Shown: positions 23,239-36,956 of the stretch, one piece after another
Position numbering within the stretch: the first letter of the stretch is position 1
Layout: each line of letters opens with the position of its first letter
Position numbers and translations under genes: made by a program
DNA from: Calcarisporiella thermophila CBS 279.70
Taxonomy: Eukaryota > Fungi > Calcarisporiellomycota
Direction: 5' to 3'
Length of the DNA: 64,000 bases
NCBI RefSeq assembly: GCF_041956535.1
Contig: NW_027192197.1
Span: forward strand, 827,647-891,646
The notes under the pieces: model-generated
Told to the model about the DNA's origin: nothing
Databases searched by the model: none
What the model saw: the letters and a program-made list of their open reading frames with translations, nothing else

Positions 23239-26200
23239 TTTTTAATCGTACAGTGTACGAGCAGGTATGAACCAGATGAATCTAGATAGCGCCTGCACAA
23301 AATAATATTTGTAATGAATATTCAGTTAAAGGTTGAAAATTTTTGGATACAAGCAATATCACAGAAAACTTTGCAGTGAAAAGTGGGATATATTTAAGTA
23401 CCTCGAAGAGTTGGATAGAATCGTAGCAAAGGAGATTCCTGATTTGATAAAACGCGATAGTTTTTGTGTATTCTCGTCTAATGTAGCAATCTCAAGTTGG
23501 ATTGAAATGATATTTCGGCGAAGTAGGTTACGTTACCCATAGGATGGAAAAGAATTGGTCCTAAAAAAAAACATACGGGAAGTGATGCATTCCCTATGTT
23601 GTTTATAATAAATCCGGAAGGTTATAGTTGCAAAATTGCATCAGGTTTATTAACGATATCATGTCAATAATATTTATAAGATTTATTATATATTCAACGT
23701 GGTTACAGATAAAATAAGACACAAGTATATCAGATACGCTTTGATTTCAAATATCGTCCTTATCGCAAGCATCATAGTTGTATTAAGCTTGTATTAAAAT
23801 GAGCGTACAAAGAATTAACAAAAATAAAATAATCAGTTTTGTCAAGACAACATCGTGAGCTTTGAATTAGGAGAGATGCATACATAGCCATATTAATCAG
23901 AGGCTATATTAAGAAAGGCTCGATTGGATAAGCGCATGCCTAGCCAGGCATGGAAGAAAAGAGTCTACAACCCTTCTAGTAGAGTCCCTGTTAATGATGC
24001 ACACATAAGGCTCCATACCACATAGCAAAATTCAACAAAGAAATGGCCTTTATAATTACGAAACATTGAACCGGATGCTTTATTGAAAACCTAGGCCTAA
24101 TGCTGGCCTTTACTTTTATCTCTTCAAACCCCTCGGTATCAGCAGGAGATGACCTCGCTAACAGACCATTGATGTGAAAACCTAATGACTCTCTCCGGTA
24201 GAAAATATACGGCTTCATCTGAATTGCAAGCAGATCTGTGGTTTGCAATCATTTGCAAGACTCCGATCTTGACCTTCTACAAATTACGAGAGGAGCTTTA
24301 AATCCCGATATACGGAGCATGGGGAGATTACTTCTTTATTCTCCCCAAATTAGCACTACGGGCACAGGGAGAGATCGAGAGCTTTCTTTAGCCTCTCCTC
24401 AGCGAGTTGAGGGGCAAACTGAAAGAATAAGATTTCCACGTGTAATATCACCTGTTTTTTACGTGACAGTAAAGAGTATACAAGTCAATGAGCAGCTATC
24501 CAAAACCGACAGAGTCGTATCGCAGGGGGATATCAGCCCACCTAAGCTGCCCGTTTCCTTCAATGGAATGACTGGTTAGCTGGAGCTTTCAACCTCTCGC
24601 GGGGAAATCAGAGTTGGTAAAACCAGCATGCTGCGCGTGAGTCATCTTCTGGACCCAAAGGAGAGGGACCGCTGGTACTCTAGGAAGAGGCGTAAATGCC
24701 TCCGAGCCTTCTTTCTAGCCATGAACCCTAACGCATATCCTTGGCGGCCAGTGGATTCATTGGAATAGTGGGCAAAATAAAGCTGCTTTAGCCCATATTA
24801 CTGCTTTATGACGGCCGCAAGCCGCCCGTCCCATCAAGATGCCGAACCGAGCCATCCTTGACGAAGTCCTTGAGTGCGTGATGGCGGAAATCGTCGAGTG
24901 CCCGAGCTTATTGGTTCCCTACTATTTTCCTTACCACACCATGGCATTCTCTTTGCACTTGGAAGAAGAGCTGTGTTGCACTAGTGGTTGCATTGCCAAC
25001 GCCCGTGTTTACCCGATCACCAGAGCTGCCTACCCCAAATACAGCCAACCTAACCCAGCGGGCCGCCTTCCCTCCCGATGGCTGGCCCCCGCTCGCCGTC
25101 CCGATTGAGCAAAGTTCGCCTGGGACTTGTATTTCCTACCACGCCTGGGATGTTGGATGCAAGTCCTTAATTTTACATCGCTCATGCTCTGAATCCTTCT
25201 GTTTTTCTCCTGCGCTGCCTAGCCTTTCCTGGTTCCATCGGCGGGATAGGAAGCAACCCATGCATCATGGTTCGTGTTGCGCTGCTCTTGCGGGGGAGTT
25301 TTTCGGGTTATTTGGGAAGCCATCGAGGAGCGAGCCCAGGCTTCATGGCCGCGGGCAAACTTTGGGGACATGTTTGCTGGAGCCTCCGGGCGATTGGCTT
25401 TGTTTTCTTTTTGATCACTTTTAATTTTTGTGCCAAATGCGACGCAAAGTACTGCTCGCTTGGGACTAATCAAGCCTCAGCGCTCTCATTCATGCACCTA
25501 CGACTCTCACTCGCGTCATGCTTTTTGCCATTTTCGCTCCCGTCCGCGGTTGTGACCCCGGAATTCTGACTGGCTGCCCTTTTTGACCGCAGAAGTGTCA
25601 CCTATATATTCAATTACTGCCTTGAAAAGGTTGTGGCCTTCTGGCACTGTTATAAAAAATAGCACTCTTCTTCAAGTATTACTTTTCCCGCGGCGCTATA
25701 CCTGTCCCACTATACCTGCCTTCGTTGCGATTCTTCTCACCATTACTGAGTTCCAGCCTTATTCTTTTTTTTTTTTAATTATTTCCCCTCGATTTTCTTT
25801 TCATGAGCTTTGGAAATACGAATAGCAAGTTTTGCTCTGCATGCCGTGTTCCTGTACCCCTTGCAAGCTGGAGTTCCCACTGCGATCAATACCACGGGCA
25901 GCACGTTAAATGCAATGTCTGCTCTTCCAATTTCAAGAGCGCGGAGGAATGTAAGTGAGATGAGAAATTCATTCGGTCCTCTCTGTGTAATTTTCTTTTT
26001 TCATCCTCCAGTGGTTCGACACGGGGGCACATGCACGGCAAATCGTAAAATGACCCGGTGGTTTAAATTGGCATGACATTCCATCGACCATAGAAAAAGG
26101 ACTTTCTGGCATCATTTCCATTTTATTAGTTCAATCTTCAAAGAACATCCATCTTTTCTTGTCGTCCCCCTTATCATTTGATTGTATTATTTATTCATTT

Positions 26201-27746
26201 TTATTTGTCTATACATTCGCTTCCTAGGTTTCTGTCTTATATCTACCTCGCACTATGACTCTATCCCCTCCCCCATATATTTGCCTTCCCCCCCATAGCC
26301 CTCTTGTGGCCTTGAACATTGGTTTATTTTTGTGTAATTTATTGCAAAAAACATTGAAATACGTATTTATATATTTTGGTAGTGATAGCACACGATAAAT
26401 AAAAAGAAAGCTGTACCTTGTTTTTCGCCCAACATAATTCGATGGTTTTTTTGAATCAATTTAAGGGATATTAAGGGGGAATCTCGATTGTGACCGTTTG
26501 AGCTCCGAACTGGATTTTGCCCGGGAGAACACGCTCCACTTGATAGGGCAGGCCGAGGATCTTGAAAACGCGGGGGGAGTTATCGGTGCATTATCCGACC
26601 GGCAAAATATCAGTAGCGGGAGGCGGAATGCAGCGAGAGGTCTGGTGGAAAGGCTGACTAAGCAGAATATGGAGTAACAAAGTGTTTGGAAGTAACCTAG
26701 TTTCGAGATCGAAATCTAGGTTACTACCTTGTCTCTTTCTGTGTCGCAATGGGCTGCGGATGGATGGGAGGAGATTGGCAATCCTCAGGGTCACACAACC
26801 CATCCATACGCCTCAAGCAAACAGGTTTCCCCCCCCCGTTCATTTGGTATGCTTACGTTTGAAATGAATCCCTTCCATGTGATAATGCAAAGTCTGTATT
26901 CGTTAAATCTTATTGTCTAGCTCTTTCAATCCGATTGTCATTGAAACTTTGAGTCATTCCCCTCCGTGCTCCTTCTCTCCATGCACCATGTATTAAGCCG
27001 TAAATGGCAGCGGTCATTCGTCTGCCAAGCCTCGCCTATGCATCAGTTACAATGAAATGAGGAGGGGCGGCAGTTGATTGATAAATTGGGTCAGGTACAC
27101 CGGGAATGCCGGCTGGATCATGGTGAAGGAAAACATAAGCAAACGGGCGGTACATCCGCCTTCATTTCTAGTATGAGGAGGTGTAAAGCCTAAACTAAAA
27201 ACTAAACATAAAATCTGCAGCGCCATCCACATCAACACGACTGGATTTTGACTTTCAGAAAGCCTATTCCGTAATCCGTCTATGGTTGCTCGGATCTACC
27301 ATATCCCCCGCATAAGCAGAATCTAATATAAGACAGGGGATAACCAAGCGAAAATCCATGTCAAATAACCCCTCTCCTTCCCGAGTTGGATTGAAAAAAT
27401 AGGCTGAGAATGGAATGTCAAGTCTTAAGATTCATCCAGATTTCTTTCAATCTAGTGCAATAGAATCACAATCTCCCTATCCTAAAAAGCACTTTATGGT
27501 TCCGTTCATGTTATAGGAGCAGGGTGAAAAGATTCGGACCATTTGGATAGAATGGATTGTAGTTAGGAGTCGGCGGACGGCAATTTACCTTGCATTACAG
27601 GATTTTTATTTGGGTAAACAAAGCATTTGGGAATAGGACAAAATCTGTGGCAGAGGGATCGAAGGATAAAAGTACTAGTATTAGGTCTTAGGCTTCATTC
27701 TTGGGGAAAAAAAGGTGTCCATATTCGTGCTCATGCGACCATGAAT

Positions 27747-28559
27747 TTAAAGGCCACCGATTTTTGATCGGATCCAGTCGGAGTAGTAGCCAACGCGAGT
27801 GAAGTAGGCAATGTTTTGACCATCGGCGCAGTATCCAGGTGCTCCCCACGAGGTGGCCCCAAGAAGCTGGTAGCTTCCGTTGCTTCCGGTATAGAGGGGA
27901 CCTCCACTGTCTCCGTAGCACACTCCTTTTCCACGCGTGGGCGCAAGACAGATCTGGGAGCCGGATTGGCCTCCCCAGTTGGGGTTCTGTCGTCGGCAAA
28001 CTTGGTCGTTGCCCACCACCACGTCCACCTTCATCAGCTGAGCGGGAGGACGCCCGTTGGGGTCGGAGGTGACTCCCCAGCCGGCAGCCCAAACTCGCGA
28101 TCCTGGCGCAGGGGGACTGGAAGCAATTGGGATGGCTTGAGCATTGGGTCCAAAACGAATTGGCTGTGAGAGGATCAACACGGCAATGTCGTTGGTCAGC
28201 TGGTTGGGGTTGTAACGCTCGTGGGGAATGGCCCGGGACACCGTGACTCTAGTTCCGGAGCGCGCCACTACGTTTCCGTAGGTGATAGACATGCCAGAGC
28301 CAACGCAGTGAGCTGCGGTCACGACGACGTTCTCCTTTATGATGGAGCCGGTGCAGGAGCCCCGGCTGTTCGACACATAAACGGCAAAGGGAAGCTCTCC
28401 TTGTGGGACGGGTGTGCCTCCGATGATTTGGGGTCGGACCTCGACTCCATCCTCTTGGATGGTTGGGACCTGGAGATCGTCACTTTCTTCTGGTTTGGCG
28501 GGCGCAGCGGCTATGAGACTGGCGCCGGTTAGGAGGAGAATGGCACTGAGAAGACGCAT
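27747..28559 (-). CDS. Secreted S1 (trypsin-fold) serine protease, intronless
   Basis: Signal peptide MRLLSAILLL, a propeptide and a mature IIGG N-terminus. Catalytic motifs TAAHC, NDIAVL and GDSGGP. Confidence 0.95.
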   Translation of the reverse strand: MRLLSAILLLTGASLIAAAPAKPEESDDLQVPTIQEDGVEVRPQIIGGTPVPQGELPFAVYVSNSRGSCTGSIIKENVVVTAAHCVGSGMSITYGNVVARSGTRVTVSRAIPHERYNPNQLTNDIAVLILSQPIRFGPNAQAIPIASSPPAPGSRVWAAGWGVTSDPNGRPPAQLMKVDVVVGNDQVCRRQNPNWGGQSGSQICLAPTRGKGVCYGDSGGPLYTGSNGSYQLLGATSWGAPGYCADGQNIAYFTRVGYYSDWIRSKIGGL

Positions 28560-29328
28560 GTTAAGGAAGGGGGAAGTTGGGAAGGATGGGGGAGAAGGTG
28601 TAAGAGAATGGGGGAGGGGGGTGAATCGGTGAAGAGGCAAGGGTGACCTACCTGGTTCTATATATACTGCTCGAGGGGATTTGTCTCGACACCCCGAGTG
28701 GTTGCAAGTAGGTTGAACCGAGTAGTTACTCAATCTTTCTTACGTGATAATTTCAGGCCTTTATGAGGCCACTTGCCGACCTTATGTCACTCTATTGACT
28801 GCGGATGTATAAAGAAGTCTGAAGTAATTAGCAAACATAAAAAATACCAAAAAAGGTTAGGAACCTAAAAAAGAGAATTTCCAAAATTTAGGGTATTTTT
28901 ATTTTGAAATATCCGTAGCAAGTGACAATCGAACCCAGCGTGTTATGTAATCCCGTATATTGGCTGAACCATGGGCGACCCTCAGAGCTAGGATAAATAC
29001 TAAACTGGTGCATGAAGAGTTTCGGGCATCAACCAAATGGTTATGATTAGTTGATATAGTTACGATCTCTCTTATTTTAACCTTAATAACCGTTTCGCAT
29101 GAATTTATTAACTATTAAGAGTTCAACAAGTCAGAGGGAAAAAAAACACTGTGTTCAGAAGCGCAAATAGCTCTATAAAATTGTTCAAAAGTTGTCAGTT
29201 TTTAACGTCAAATGATAAATCTAGGGAAAATGGAATATGGAGCGTGAGGAAAATGATATATAGCACACGGAATGCAGAGTAGATCTATGACAAAATCTCT
29301 GTGCATAATACACAAATAGATGTGAGTA

Positions 29329-29411
29329 GGAGAGAGAGAGGGAGAGATAGAGAGAGAGGGAGAGATAGAGAGAGAGGGAGAGATAGAGAGAGAGGGAGAG
29401 ATAGAGAGATA
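29329..29411. repeat. 18-bp GA-rich tandem repeat (gagagagagggagagata)n, about 4.5 copies
   Basis: Directly visible tandem units. Confidence 0.9.
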
Positions 29412-29545
29412 GGGAAAGGGAGAAAGGGAGAAAAGAAAATTAGTCTTTTGGTAAGAGAGGCGCGATTAATGTTAAACGGAAAAAAAACAAACAAAGTCCC
29501 GTGAAACGATGCGCGGGAGGGCGGGGTCAAAAGAGTGGTGATTAT

Positions 29546-31106
29546 TTATAGAGTTGATAGGGTGGAAAATAAGCTCGCAATTAATGAAACATAGAAGAGA
29601 TTAAAGCAGAGAAATGTGACCCCTGCGGAAATGGAAGAGTTTTGGGTGCTTGAGGTGTTGCTGGGCAGTGGAGATTGGAAGGAGAAGTCGTTGCCAGGTA
29701 CGCCCGTTGGCTGCATATTTCGTCGGAGATGAAGCTTCGGCAGTTCATCATGGTCCTTTGCAAGATCATACCCCAGCGTGTGCAGGGATTGAAGAAGCTT
29801 GGGACCAAGGGGGCCGCCGTAGTGTTTCACGGACTCGGTTAGCGGCAGGTTTTCCTCATTTAGGTAGGTCATCAGTCGCTCGGGAGTGCCGCGATAGGTG
29901 GCTAAGTCGACATGGCTAATACTGGAGGCCCCCTGAAATGGTTTCAGACTGGTTTCTAGAATGAGTGCATCGTCCGCCGTCTTCCCCCCCACTGGCAAAA
30001 ACCCTAGGCGTCGGGGAGTGGTTGCAATTCGAAGAAGTTCTTGTGATACATCGTACTCGGAGGATTGCATGAATGCTCTTGCGAAATCATTTGTGGAGTG
30101 AAATTCCATGCCCACCCCTCGAAAGCGGTTGATGCGGTTGATGTATTCATCGAGTGGTATGAGGTCGGGTAATACGGCAATATGGCGATCAAACACATAC
30201 TGGAGAAAGCCTCTAAATTTGAAAGGGGATTTGTCGGAAGCCGGCGCATCATAATACCAGTCGGGCGTTAGCCCCGAGGATTTCCCTGATTCTCGAAAGT
30301 TATCAACGGACGCTCTGAAGTCATAGAGGGATGAAATAAATCCGAGCCCATGAACCAGCTCGTGGAGGGCGGTTTCGGTCAAATCGGCTTGATCTGCACG
30401 CATCGGCCCTTCTCCCTGCAGAAAAGACAAGAGGTAGGAGAGGGGGAGAGGTGAGGTGAGATTGAAATGCTCACTGGATAACAGCCAGGCTGGCTATTTA
30501 CCTCGAAATACCAAGGGTAATCCATATTAAAATTCGCCTCGATGTCATAATCGCTGTATTCCGGGTGAGGAAGCATTCCTAGCTGTTTTGCTAATGCCTG
30601 TGGATAGAGGGTGGGAAATGCATCATCGCTATGCTCTTTTATGGGAATCAGTCGTACTGGCTGTGCTAGTCCTATTGATGAAGCCTCTGTTAATCCGGAG
30701 GTAAATTGTCTTCAGTAGCAACTCTCTTGCCCTTACCGATAAACAATCCTTCATTCGCTTTACAGCTTATACCCAAATCCTTGCAAAATGAATGGAACGA
30801 TGCATTGACCAAAATTGGAGTCTTTAGATGAAGTGCACTCGAGAGAATGTCACCCGCTTTCTCAAACGACTTGCGAACCTTTTCGCAGGAGTGAGAATCT
30901 GCAGAACATCGAAAGTCGAACTTAATGCCCTTTTCAAACAGACCTCGGCGTTCCATCGTCCTGTCTGTGAGTGGGCAGTCGATGAGCTTTTGGTATCGGT
31001 GGCTCATGGGTTCATTTCGCTCTAGACACCAACCGTCCGGAGATATAGCAACTACTATTGAAATGGTCAGCCATATGATGTATAAAAGTTTGAATAAATC
31101 GAACAT
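29546..31106 (-). CDS. Secreted, probably GPI- or membrane-anchored zincin-like metalloprotease (HELVHGLGF)
   Basis: Signal peptide, then exons with LYPQALAKQL and YDIEANFN..WYF, HELVHGLGF and SSISHVD..LM. The protein ends in an S/T-rich stretch and a hydrophobic C-terminus. Confidence 0.7.
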
Positions 31107-31635
31107 GGTACAAAGACAAAAAAAAGAAAGTTTGGGTTCTAAGAATTGAATGGAGAGTTTGGATAATTGTCTCGATTATGATTTTGAGAACATGAAGAGT
31201 ATCTGATAATGAGTGAATGGATAAGTTGCTAAGCTGGAGGATTAGAAGACGGAGAGCCGGAAAGAGAACAGAGGCTTTCCGGTCAGTCCGTACTTCCTTT
31301 GAAGATTTGTAAATTCGAAATGATATGAAATCAAGATGAAGAGAACCTCGACAAGTTATCAAGGCAAAGAAATTGAATTAAATTATAAAGTTTGCCGCGC
31401 ATTGATTATAAGGATCATCAAGCAGATTGCACCTAATTGAGATATATGAATGCTGGTCCTTTCCTGATACATTGGGTCATCGTGCGCAGGGTGGCTTATT
31501 CTCGGGTTATATCATTTATGGTCTTAAAGATTCTTATATCCATCCTAAGAGCAATTTGGGAGGTTATTATAGAGCAATTAAGTGCAGTACATGTATTGCT
31601 TGGATCCTTGATTAACTTTATCTGAAATTTACAGG

Positions 31636-32534
31636 ATGAAGCATGTCGACCATTCTAGCGGTGATAAAGAAGGCGAAGTAACGGAACAGGTTGTTCTTAC
31701 AGGGTTCGAGGTACATTATAAGTGTTCTTCTTTTATATCTAATAAGAAGTGATCTAATACTGTGGCCAATTCACGTAATAGCCTTTTGGCCGAGTAAAGA
31801 TTAATCAGTCTTGGCATTCCATCAAGCCGCTAGCCGAGTGTCCCATTCTTCCCTTACCGCCATCTACCCCCAAATCTTACTCTGAATGCTCTCAACCTCG
31901 TATATCTATTCAAGTATACGAGCTCCCCGTAGTTTACTCACAAATTCCCAATCTTGTTCGCAATCTCCATCGTACAGTCAATGTGCCTAGAAGGCATTTC
32001 ATCCACGTCGGAGCAGGAAAAACAGGTTCTATCTGTCTGGAATCTCTTGCCAATCAGAGTGGGTATAAGCAGCCGGATAACTTGGGAGAGCATCCGGCTG
32101 ATGGAGAAGTTACGGAGTATGTTGGAAAATGTCCGGGAATACTAAATGTGCGAGTGGATGTCCATGCTTTGTGTAGCTGGCTGCATTCTCGAGGGTGGCA
32201 GCATGTTTCGGTTAGTAAAGATGCGGGGCGCTATTTGTGCGAATACACTCTGTATTGTTCGTTGGCCGAATGTTACCTTGCACGAGAAGGAAACAAAGAG
32301 AAAAACGACGACGAACACCAGCAAGAGACGAATACGGAGTCGGAGCATGTAGCTGGAGAGAAATCTCATACAAAGCCTAACCATCATTCTCAGGAACAAA
32401 ATCTACGAGAGCACAAGTCGCGCAACAAGGTTGCAATGTTTGTGCATCTTCCTCCTGTCAATGAGCCTTATACGCTCCTCGAGATGACCGCCATTTTGAG
32501 AGACATCGCCGAATGGGTCGCTGCCCACTATTAA
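31636..32534 (+). CDS. Pyroglutamyl-peptidase I (C15), 2 exons
   Basis: Motifs VVLTGFE|PFG..IN.SW, ELPVVY, FIHVG..LESLA, SKDAGRYLCEY (catalytic Cys) and MFVHLP. Confidence 0.9.
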
Positions 32535-32794
32535 TGGAGGATACTGTATTTATTATTTATTCATTTTGTGTCTACTGATACAGATATTTACCCTCTCGGT
32601 GAATATATTATATCAATGAGAAATAATTACGAAATATATGGATCTCTTTAGTAGCACAGTTAAATAACAGTAAAAATAATAAATAATTAAACGCACTGTA
32701 GAAAAAATAATGTATAAAAATAGGGATAAATAAGGCAAATAAAAAACAAGTTGAGAGAGAACAGGACTCGGGGGGGGGGGGGGGCAGGATGCCT

Positions 32795-35539
32795 TCACAG
32801 AAATGGTATCTTATCCAAATCGAAAGGAGTCTTCATTCCATCGATGTTATCAAAGTCGTCCTCGTCAAAGGCGTCCTCTTCCCGGTCTCCCTCGTATTCT
32901 TCATCTATCTCTCTTCCGGGGCGCTGGTCATGTTTAGAGGGTGTGGACGGAGGACTTTTCTTCCTTGTGAATGAGACTAGTCCTGCTAGTAGTGAGGGGG
33001 AGAGGGGCGGAGACTTTTTGTAGCTGGACGAAGAGCTTGGCGACAAAGGAGGCGTAGATAATTCAGGGGATGCCAGTCGAGTTAATATAGGTTCAGAATG
33101 ACTTGCGGTTATTCCAGATTGCGAGGGAGATGCTGTAGAGGCTCCTGCATATTCCGTTATCGTTCGCAGCACTTTCCTTTTCCTTGACGATGTCGGAGTG
33201 CCCTCTCCAGCGGTAAGGGTCTTAGGGGATGAAGCTGAGTTGTCGTGGGGCTCTAATTCGGGCAGCTCTATATCTGGCAAAGCGGGCTTCCACCAGTTGT
33301 AATCGTTGAACTCCGCAGCAGCTGGAGAGAGGTCGGGTTTAATGGGCGGGAATATCATGTCGACCAACTCATTGATGCTCGTATATGTTGTATTGTAACC
33401 GGCTTTTGCTAAGAGGTCAAGCTCAACAACGCCGTACGGGTTTATCGTAAATATCCTCGATGCAGGTATACCAACGCTTCGATAGGAGAGGGCGTCCTAT
33501 TTATGCAAAGACCATCAATACTCCAGCTTCAGCATGAAACAATCAATTCAAAAATTTACCGTGATTCTGTTTCCAAATCCAGCGTAAAAGGGGTTCTTAT
33601 TACCAAATAATCGCTTAATATCCTTTAGACATGCCATCTTGAAAACTTCAGGTTTGCGCATCACAACCTCACGGTGAAGAGCGGAGAGAAGACGGTCAGG
33701 AGACATGATCACCGGTCCATCGGGTAAGGAATATTTGTTTTGGTTGACTTTCACTAGGTAATCTCGTGTGTAATCAGCCTAGACAAGCCAAATTGTAATT
33801 ATTCTAGATAACACACATCGCCATGGTGAAGTCGCTCTATACCTGTCCTAAGGACCTGGATGTGAGATAGAGCATTGAATATCCATTATTACTGATCTGT
33901 GAGAAGAGCTTGGCTACACCGACATGTGTCCAGTCCTTCCCTACCATAGTGAACAAATGGCCCAACGCATCCGATCTTTGGAAATAGTTAGCCCCTTTCT
34001 CATAAATACAAGTTAATCATCTGGGTACAAGACTTCACTTCTTACTTTGTGATCGTTCCATCAATATCCGAGATCACGATTTGCGTGTCCGAGGACCAAA
34101 AAAACAGTTTTGAGACACATGTCGACTTCCCATAGTAGGATGAAGAGACGGTAAAGGAGAGTGTGCTCACACCCTTTTTCAAATTCAATTTTTTCTGGTA
34201 TTTCAGAGAAAAAATTATTTAATATCCCAAAATAACATATAAGATACGCTTGCTTACCAATTGATCGGAAGTCAATCTCAAGGTTTTCATATAATTCTTT
34301 TTTGACTTTGCAGCTAGAGGCTGCTCTTTTTGCTCGGGTTTACTCTCCAGTATATCTAATCCAGCGTAGTCGACAGGGAGAGATTTACTTCTCTCTCTTA
34401 GCCTTTGCACGCCTGAAGAAATACTGGCACTGGTTGTCTGTGGCAACGGCTCCTCTTGCACTCGATAAATCGCCTTTGCCTCGCCCATCTCAGCCAGGTG
34501 GACCAGATCTATCATGCGCTCAGTTTTAACTGTTGGTCTATTTGCTTCCGCTTCCTCTAAAAGAGCCTTTTTGTCAGTCTTATATCCAGTAGCATCGAAC
34601 ACATCACTTGTTTCGGAGTTTTCTGACTCGACATTGGAAAGAGTGATAGCAGTCTCGCTGCGATCTTTGGCGGTATTTGACAAAGGTAGAGTGCTAGCGG
34701 GTAATGTATAGGGGTTGCTAGTTTCAGTTGTGTTTGCTAATATAATTCTTATGTGAATTGAGAGATCCAAATGATATCTGGAGATGGCTTAACATTTACA
34801 CGAGAGGAATTCATCGTCGTCTAAATCTAGCGTTCAAAAACAAAGAAATTAGAATTCATTCATTGAGAAATTATTCTTTTCAAGCTGTAGTATTACCATG
34901 AGCACTATGCGCACTCACATACCCGGGGTCATCTAGAGAAATAGTGAGTGAGTACTTCTGTGTAATGAAACTTTCAATAATTCCTGGAATATACCGTCGA
35001 TTTCTTTTTGAGCCTGATTTGTAGCATTCGACGAACTCAGGTCAAGGAATGGAGGCTCCTACAGAGAATATTAATTCTACCTCCGTCTAATACACGAGTA
35101 TAAAGGAGATTATTACCTCCTGATCGCTTCCTATTGTACCTGAAGATGCATACATAGGAGGGGACGTCTGCAACTCTTCCGGAACTTCGTCTTCAGTTTC
35201 AAATACAAAGAAAGTTTCTCCCGTCTCACTTATTTTCATAGGCAGGTCAATAAGCTCTCCATTAATACGGAATTCAACCTACGCAATAGCGAGAAAAAAA
35301 TTCATTCGTGTAGATGTTTGTTATAGTATGTCTAGTGGTTTCAAATTTACAAGTTTTTCCTGCGGTCTTAGGACGGTTAACTTGCCGAACCGCACATGAA
35401 ATGGAGAGCAAGCTAACTCCCCATTAGGCTGTTCTACAACTATAATATCAATTGCTCCAGAGAGTGTGGCGGGATTAATTTCCTTGTAAAATTGCGATAC
35501 TGAAGAGAGAGCACGCCCGACCTTGCCCACGTAGTCCAT
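32795..35539 (-). CDS. PAH1: Lipin/Ned1 phosphatidate phosphatase, multi-exon
   Basis: N-LIP domain INPATLSGAIDIIVVEQ..CSPFHVRFGK, catalytic ISDIDGTITKSD, FYAGFGNRITD and the conserved FNDYNWWK. Confidence 0.95.
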
Positions 35540-35834
35540 GGTGATTCATCAGGCAGAAAAACTAGGAAAGAGAGTGCTCTGATGTTCAGGTATATGAACA
35601 AATGGGCAGTGAAGGAAATGGAGAAACTGGGGCACAAATTATATAAAAGGAGATGGCAACGCTCAACAGTCAACTTTCAAGCTCCGCATATATGTCCTCT
35701 TAATTTAGCACTCTTATCCCCCATTCTTTGGGCAGAAACACAAGCAAGGCCATAAGCAATAAAAAAATTTCTATTACATTTAGCTTATTCGAGGAATAAG
35801 TACAGCGTATTGTAAACAGTTAAATATCCTCTTC

Positions 35835-36690
35835 CTAATCATCAAATTGGAGTAGCGAATAAACAGGAGCACAAAGTGCTTTTCTTCCATTGAGGGCCGT
35901 CAATTCGATCAGGAAGATATATTCAGCGACCTCACCACCTGATTTTTGCACAAGCTGGCCAGCTGCAGCAGCACTTCCTCCTATACTCACAGATACAAAT
36001 CGTTAGAGACGGGGCATTGCGCTTGGTATGCGAAAGTATTACCAGTTGCAATAAGATCGTCGACGATGATGCATTTCTGACCAGCTTTCACTGCGTTTTG
36101 TTGCATCTCAAACACATCCTGTGTGGCGACAAAGCAAGCTCACTTATTCCGCCATCTCAGTGAAAGAAAAATTAAAACCACTTGCCTCGCCATATTCCTT
36201 TTCATAGGACACACGAACAGTCTCGCCGGGGAGTTTGCCCTTCTTGCGCACGGGCACGAAAGCAGCGCCTAGACGCATGGCAATCAGAGGGCCAAAGAGG
36301 AAACCTCGAGCATCGAGACCTATTTGGCATATGAAGTATGAATAACCGAAAGATCAAATGAAAGCAACAAAACAGAAAGCATATCGATTATACGAACCAA
36401 CGATGACATCGACTTTACCAATCGTGGATTGGATATGGTAAACGATGTTTGTGATGATGGATTCGACAGCCAGATGATCCTGGAAGATAGGAAAGATATC
36501 CTGGAATAGGATTCCCTGTAATAGAATTCAACCGATTATTTCCAGTAACTGAATTTTCATTAATGCCATATAATTGGCACTGAACTGTCTATTTTGTTCT
36601 CCAGGAATCTTAAATATTTACCTTCTTGGGGAAATCGGGAATCGCCCGCAGCAGGCTCTTGATACGCTGAATATCCAAGTTGTTGGTCAT
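35835..36690 (-). CDS. APT1: Adenine phosphoribosyltransferase (about 5 exons, absent from the ORF track)
   Basis: Spliced translation: [65 protein letters not shown]. Confidence 0.93.
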
Positions 36691-36956
36691 CTTAAGGAGG
36701 TCTAATGTAATCAAGGGGGAGTCGAGTTTTGATACGATAATTTGAAAATTTTAAGCTTCTGATTAGCGGATCACTAATTTGTTGTTGCTTCGCTATTTTG
36801 ATTTATTTCGGATAAAGCTTTACAGACCTACAAATCTCGAAACCAGCCTAGAAAACTTATACGGCTAAAATATAAAATAAAATAAGGCACAAATGAAAAA
36901 TGGAATTTAATATTAAAACATGGTGAAATAATTCTTTTATATGTGACAATGCTCAG

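Noticed and set aside
25420-25475. CAKCDAKYCSLG as a HIT-type zinc finger
   Set aside because: The remaining Cys/His ligands and a coherent gene model are missing.
29285-29530. ORFs with RERGRD / LSLSLP repeats
   Set aside because: Translations of the GA-rich tandem repeat.
35870-35890. Possible frameshift near the APT1 3' end
   Set aside because: Recounting the homopolymer gives an intact frame, [18 protein letters not shown].
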